NCBI GenBank assembly: GCA_963676565.1
Contig: OY781089.1
Location: 544,001-608,000 of the forward strand
Source of the DNA: Halarcobacter sp.
Lineage (GTDB): Bacteria > Campylobacterota > Campylobacteria > Campylobacterales > Arcobacteraceae
Direction: 5' to 3'
DNA: 64,000 nt
Below the pieces are notes generated by a model. That model saw nothing but the letters and a program-made list of their open reading frames with translations. It had not been told where the DNA came from and did no database searches. How positions within the stretch are numbered: position 1 is the first letter of the stretch; each line of letters opens with the position of its first letter. Below are positions 61,554 to 64,000 of the stretch, piece after piece. Position numbers and translations under genes: made by a program.

Positions 61554-64000
61554 ATGGTTGAAAGTATAATCTCTTATAGTATAAGAAATAAATTTCTTGT
61601 ACTTTTTTCTGTAATAGTTTTAACATTTGCCTCTTTTTGGGCTGTTAAAAATACAAGTTTAGATGCATTACCTGATTTATCTCCACCACAAGTTATTGTA
61701 CAAGTGAAATGGCCAGGTCAAAGTCCAAAAACAATTGAAGAACAAGTTTCTTATCCACTTATTTCAAATCTTATGAGTCTTCCTGATATTGATACAGTAA
61801 GAGCTATGAGTTCATTTCAAAATGCTTTGATATATATTATATTTAAAGATGGAACAGATTTATATGATTCAAGAAATAGGATTTTAGAACAGTTGTCTCA
61901 ATTACAAGGAACTTTCCCTCAAGGTGTTAATGTTGCAATTGGTCCTGATGCTACAGGAGTAGGGTGGGCTTATGAATATGCTTTAAAATCTGATACAAAA
62001 TCACTTGATGAGTTAAGATCATTACAAGATTACTATTATAAATTTGCCTTACTTGGAGTTGATGGGGTTAGTGAGATTGCATCTATTGGTGGTTTTATAA
62101 AAAACTATGAGATTACATTGGACCAAGATAAAATGGTTCAATATGATTTATCAATAGGTGAAATTAAAAATGCTTTAACTAAAAACAATGATGAAAAAGG
62201 TGGAAGAATTATTTTAGAAAATGGCTTTGAACATATGATTCAAGCTAAAGGGTATTTAAAAAATAGATTTGACATAGAAAATATTACAATAAAATCTATC
62301 AACTCTATACCACTTAAAATAAAAGATATAGCAGATGTAAATATAACATCATCAAATAGACGTGGAATGGCTGATTTAAACGGAGAAGGTGAAACTGTTG
62401 GTGGTATTGTTGTTGTAAGATATGGAGAAAATCCATATGCTGTTATAAAAGCAGTAAAAGAAAAAATCAAAACTTTAAAGGTTGAGGGTGTTGACGTTGT
62501 AGAAACTTACGATAGAACTTCTTTAATTGATAAAGCTATTGATACTTTAAAAAATACTTTGATTGAAGAATCTATTATAGTTATGATTGTTAGTGCTTTA
62601 TTTTTATTTCACTTTCGAAGTGCACTTATTATAATTATTACTCTACCAATTACTGTATTATTAACTTTTTTACTTATGAAGGTTTTTGGCCTAGGGTCTA
62701 ATATAATGAGTTTAGGGGGGATTGCAATTGCTATTGGTGCAATGGTTGATGCAACTATTGTTATGGTAGAAAATGCCCATAAATATCTTCAAGGTAAAGA
62801 GAATATTTCAAATGAAGAAAGAATACAGATAATAATAAAATCTGCAAAACAAGTTGGTCGGCCAATCTTCTTTGCTTTGATTTTAGTTGTAGTTTCTTTT
62901 TTACCAATTTTTGCTTTATCAGGTCAAGAGGGAAGATTATTCTCACCTTTAGCTTATACTAAATCATTTGCAATGATTGCAGGAGCTATTCTATCAATTA
63001 CAGTTGTACCAATACTTATGATATTTTTTATTAAAGGTAAAATACTAAGTGAAGATAAAAACTTGTTAAACAAATTTTTTGTAAAACTTTATTCTCCTTT
63101 ATTAAAAGTATCTCTAAAACTTAGGTTTTTAGTTGTACTTATTTTTATAGGAACTTTATTAGCTTCATATCCAGTATATAAAAAACAAAACTGGGAATTT
63201 ATGCCAATGATGAATGAACAAACTTTTATGTATATGCCTGTAACACCATATGGTATTGGGGTAGATTTATCTAAAGAGTTAACACAAAAAACTGATAAGA
63301 TTTTAAAATCATTTCCTGAAGTTGATACTGTTTTTGGTAAGGCTGGTCGAGCTGATAGTGCAACTGATCCTGCTCCACTTGCTATGATTGAAACAATTGT
63401 GACTTTTAAACCAGAAGATCAATGGCGTCCTGGAATGACATATAAAAAATTAATGTCTGAAATGGATAGAAAGCTTCAGGTTGCTGGACTTATAAATTCA
63501 TGGACATATCCAATTAGAGGTAGAATTGATATGCTTCTAACTGGTATTAGAACACCTTTAGGGATAAAACTTTATGGTAATGATCATCAAGCTTTAGAAG
63601 ATAAAGCAGCCCAATTTGAAAAGATATTAAAAAAGTTTGATAAAACTCTTTCAGTATCAACTGATAAAATCAACTCAGGATACTATTTAAATATAAATCT
63701 TGATGAAGAGATGATAAGTAGATTCGGGATTACAAAAAATGACATCCTTTCTACTATCTCTTTAGGTGTTGCTGGAGCTAAAATCTCTACCCTTTTAGAT
63801 GGATTAGAAAGATATCCTATTAGTTTAAGGTTTGAAACAACACAAAGGGAAGATATAACTTCATTAAATAATCTTCAAGTTAAAACCAAACTTGGATTCC
63901 AACCTTTAAGTATGTTTGCTAAGTTAAAATATGAAGAAGGACCTTCCGTAATCAAATCTGAAAAAGCTTTAAATGTTAACTTTATTTATATTACTCCTAA
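61554..64000 (+). CDS. cusA: Heavy-metal RND efflux pump CusA/CzcA, partial (runs off the window)
   Basis: Absent from the ORF track; hand translation MVESIISYSIRNKF..LDALPDLSPPQVIV, GPDATGVGW, NIMSLGGIAIAIGAMVDA, FMPMMNE, ATDPAPLAMIET. Confidence 0.92.
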   Translation, partial: MVESIISYSIRNKFLVLFSVIVLTFASFWAVKNTSLDALPDLSPPQVIVQVKWPGQSPKTIEEQVSYPLISNLMSLPDIDTVRAMSSFQNALIYIIFKDGTDLYDSRNRILEQLSQLQGTFPQGVNVAIGPDATGVGWAYEYALKSDTKSLDELRSLQDYYYKFALLGVDGVSEIASIGGFIKNYEITLDQDKMVQYDLSIGEIKNALTKNNDEKGGRIILENGFEHMIQAKGYLKNRFDIENITIKSINSIPLKIKDIADVNITSSNRRGMADLNGEGETVGGIVVVRYGENPYAVIKAVKEKIKTLKVEGVDVVETYDRTSLIDKAIDTLKNTLIEESIIVMIVSALFLFHFRSALIIIITLPITVLLTFLLMKVFGLGSNIMSLGGIAIAIGAMVDATIVMVENAHKYLQGKENISNEERIQIIIKSAKQVGRPIFFALILVVVSFLPIFALSGQEGRLFSPLAYTKSFAMIAGAILSITVVPILMIFFIKGKILSEDKNLLNKFFVKLYSPLLKVSLKLRFLVVLIFIGTLLASYPVYKKQNWEFMPMMNEQTFMYMPVTPYGIGVDLSKELTQKTDKILKSFPEVDTVFGKAGRADSATDPAPLAMIETIVTFKPEDQWRPGMTYKKLMSEMDRKLQVAGLINSWTYPIRGRIDMLLTGIRTPLGIKLYGNDHQALEDKAAQFEKILKKFDKTLSVSTDKINSGYYLNINLDEEMISRFGITKNDILSTISLGVAGAKISTLLDGLERYPISLRFETTQREDITSLNNLQVKTKLGFQPLSMFAKLKYEEGPSVIKSEKALNVNFIYITP

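Overview
AT-rich bacterial chromosome segment spanning the replication origin. It is most likely Arcobacteraceae (Campylobacterota), judged from ruvC/dnaA/dnaN/gyrB order, TTCAC-type DnaA boxes, and FqrB- and CrdA-like proteins. Left to right: a glycine-cleavage operon; a Tat-exported TorA/TorZ-type molybdoenzyme with a monoheme cytochrome, a two-component system and an orphan solute-binding protein; a divergent porin; pfkA; purN; ruvC; a small-peptide plus type I secretion cassette between ruvC and dnaA; dnaA-oriC2-dnaN-gyrB; eptA-dgkA; several two-component systems; a class III adenylate cyclase with a lipoprotein; cti; queF; and a copper island (DUF692/MNIO RiPP cluster, duplicated CrdRS-like systems, CopG, crdA-TolC-CusB-CusA). 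Best novelty candidates: (1) a 79-aa peptide with exact 11-residue Gly repeats and a CGTCC tail heading a peptidase-less T1SS that separates the oriC1 DnaA-box cluster from dnaA; (2) an unannotated, strongly structured ~200-nt minus-strand RNA at 11295-11500 with an anti-Shine-Dalgarno loop; (3) a 7-Cys MNIO precursor that shares a promoter motif with the copper efflux genes. All calls come from reading the sequence by eye; no database searches or folding programs were run.
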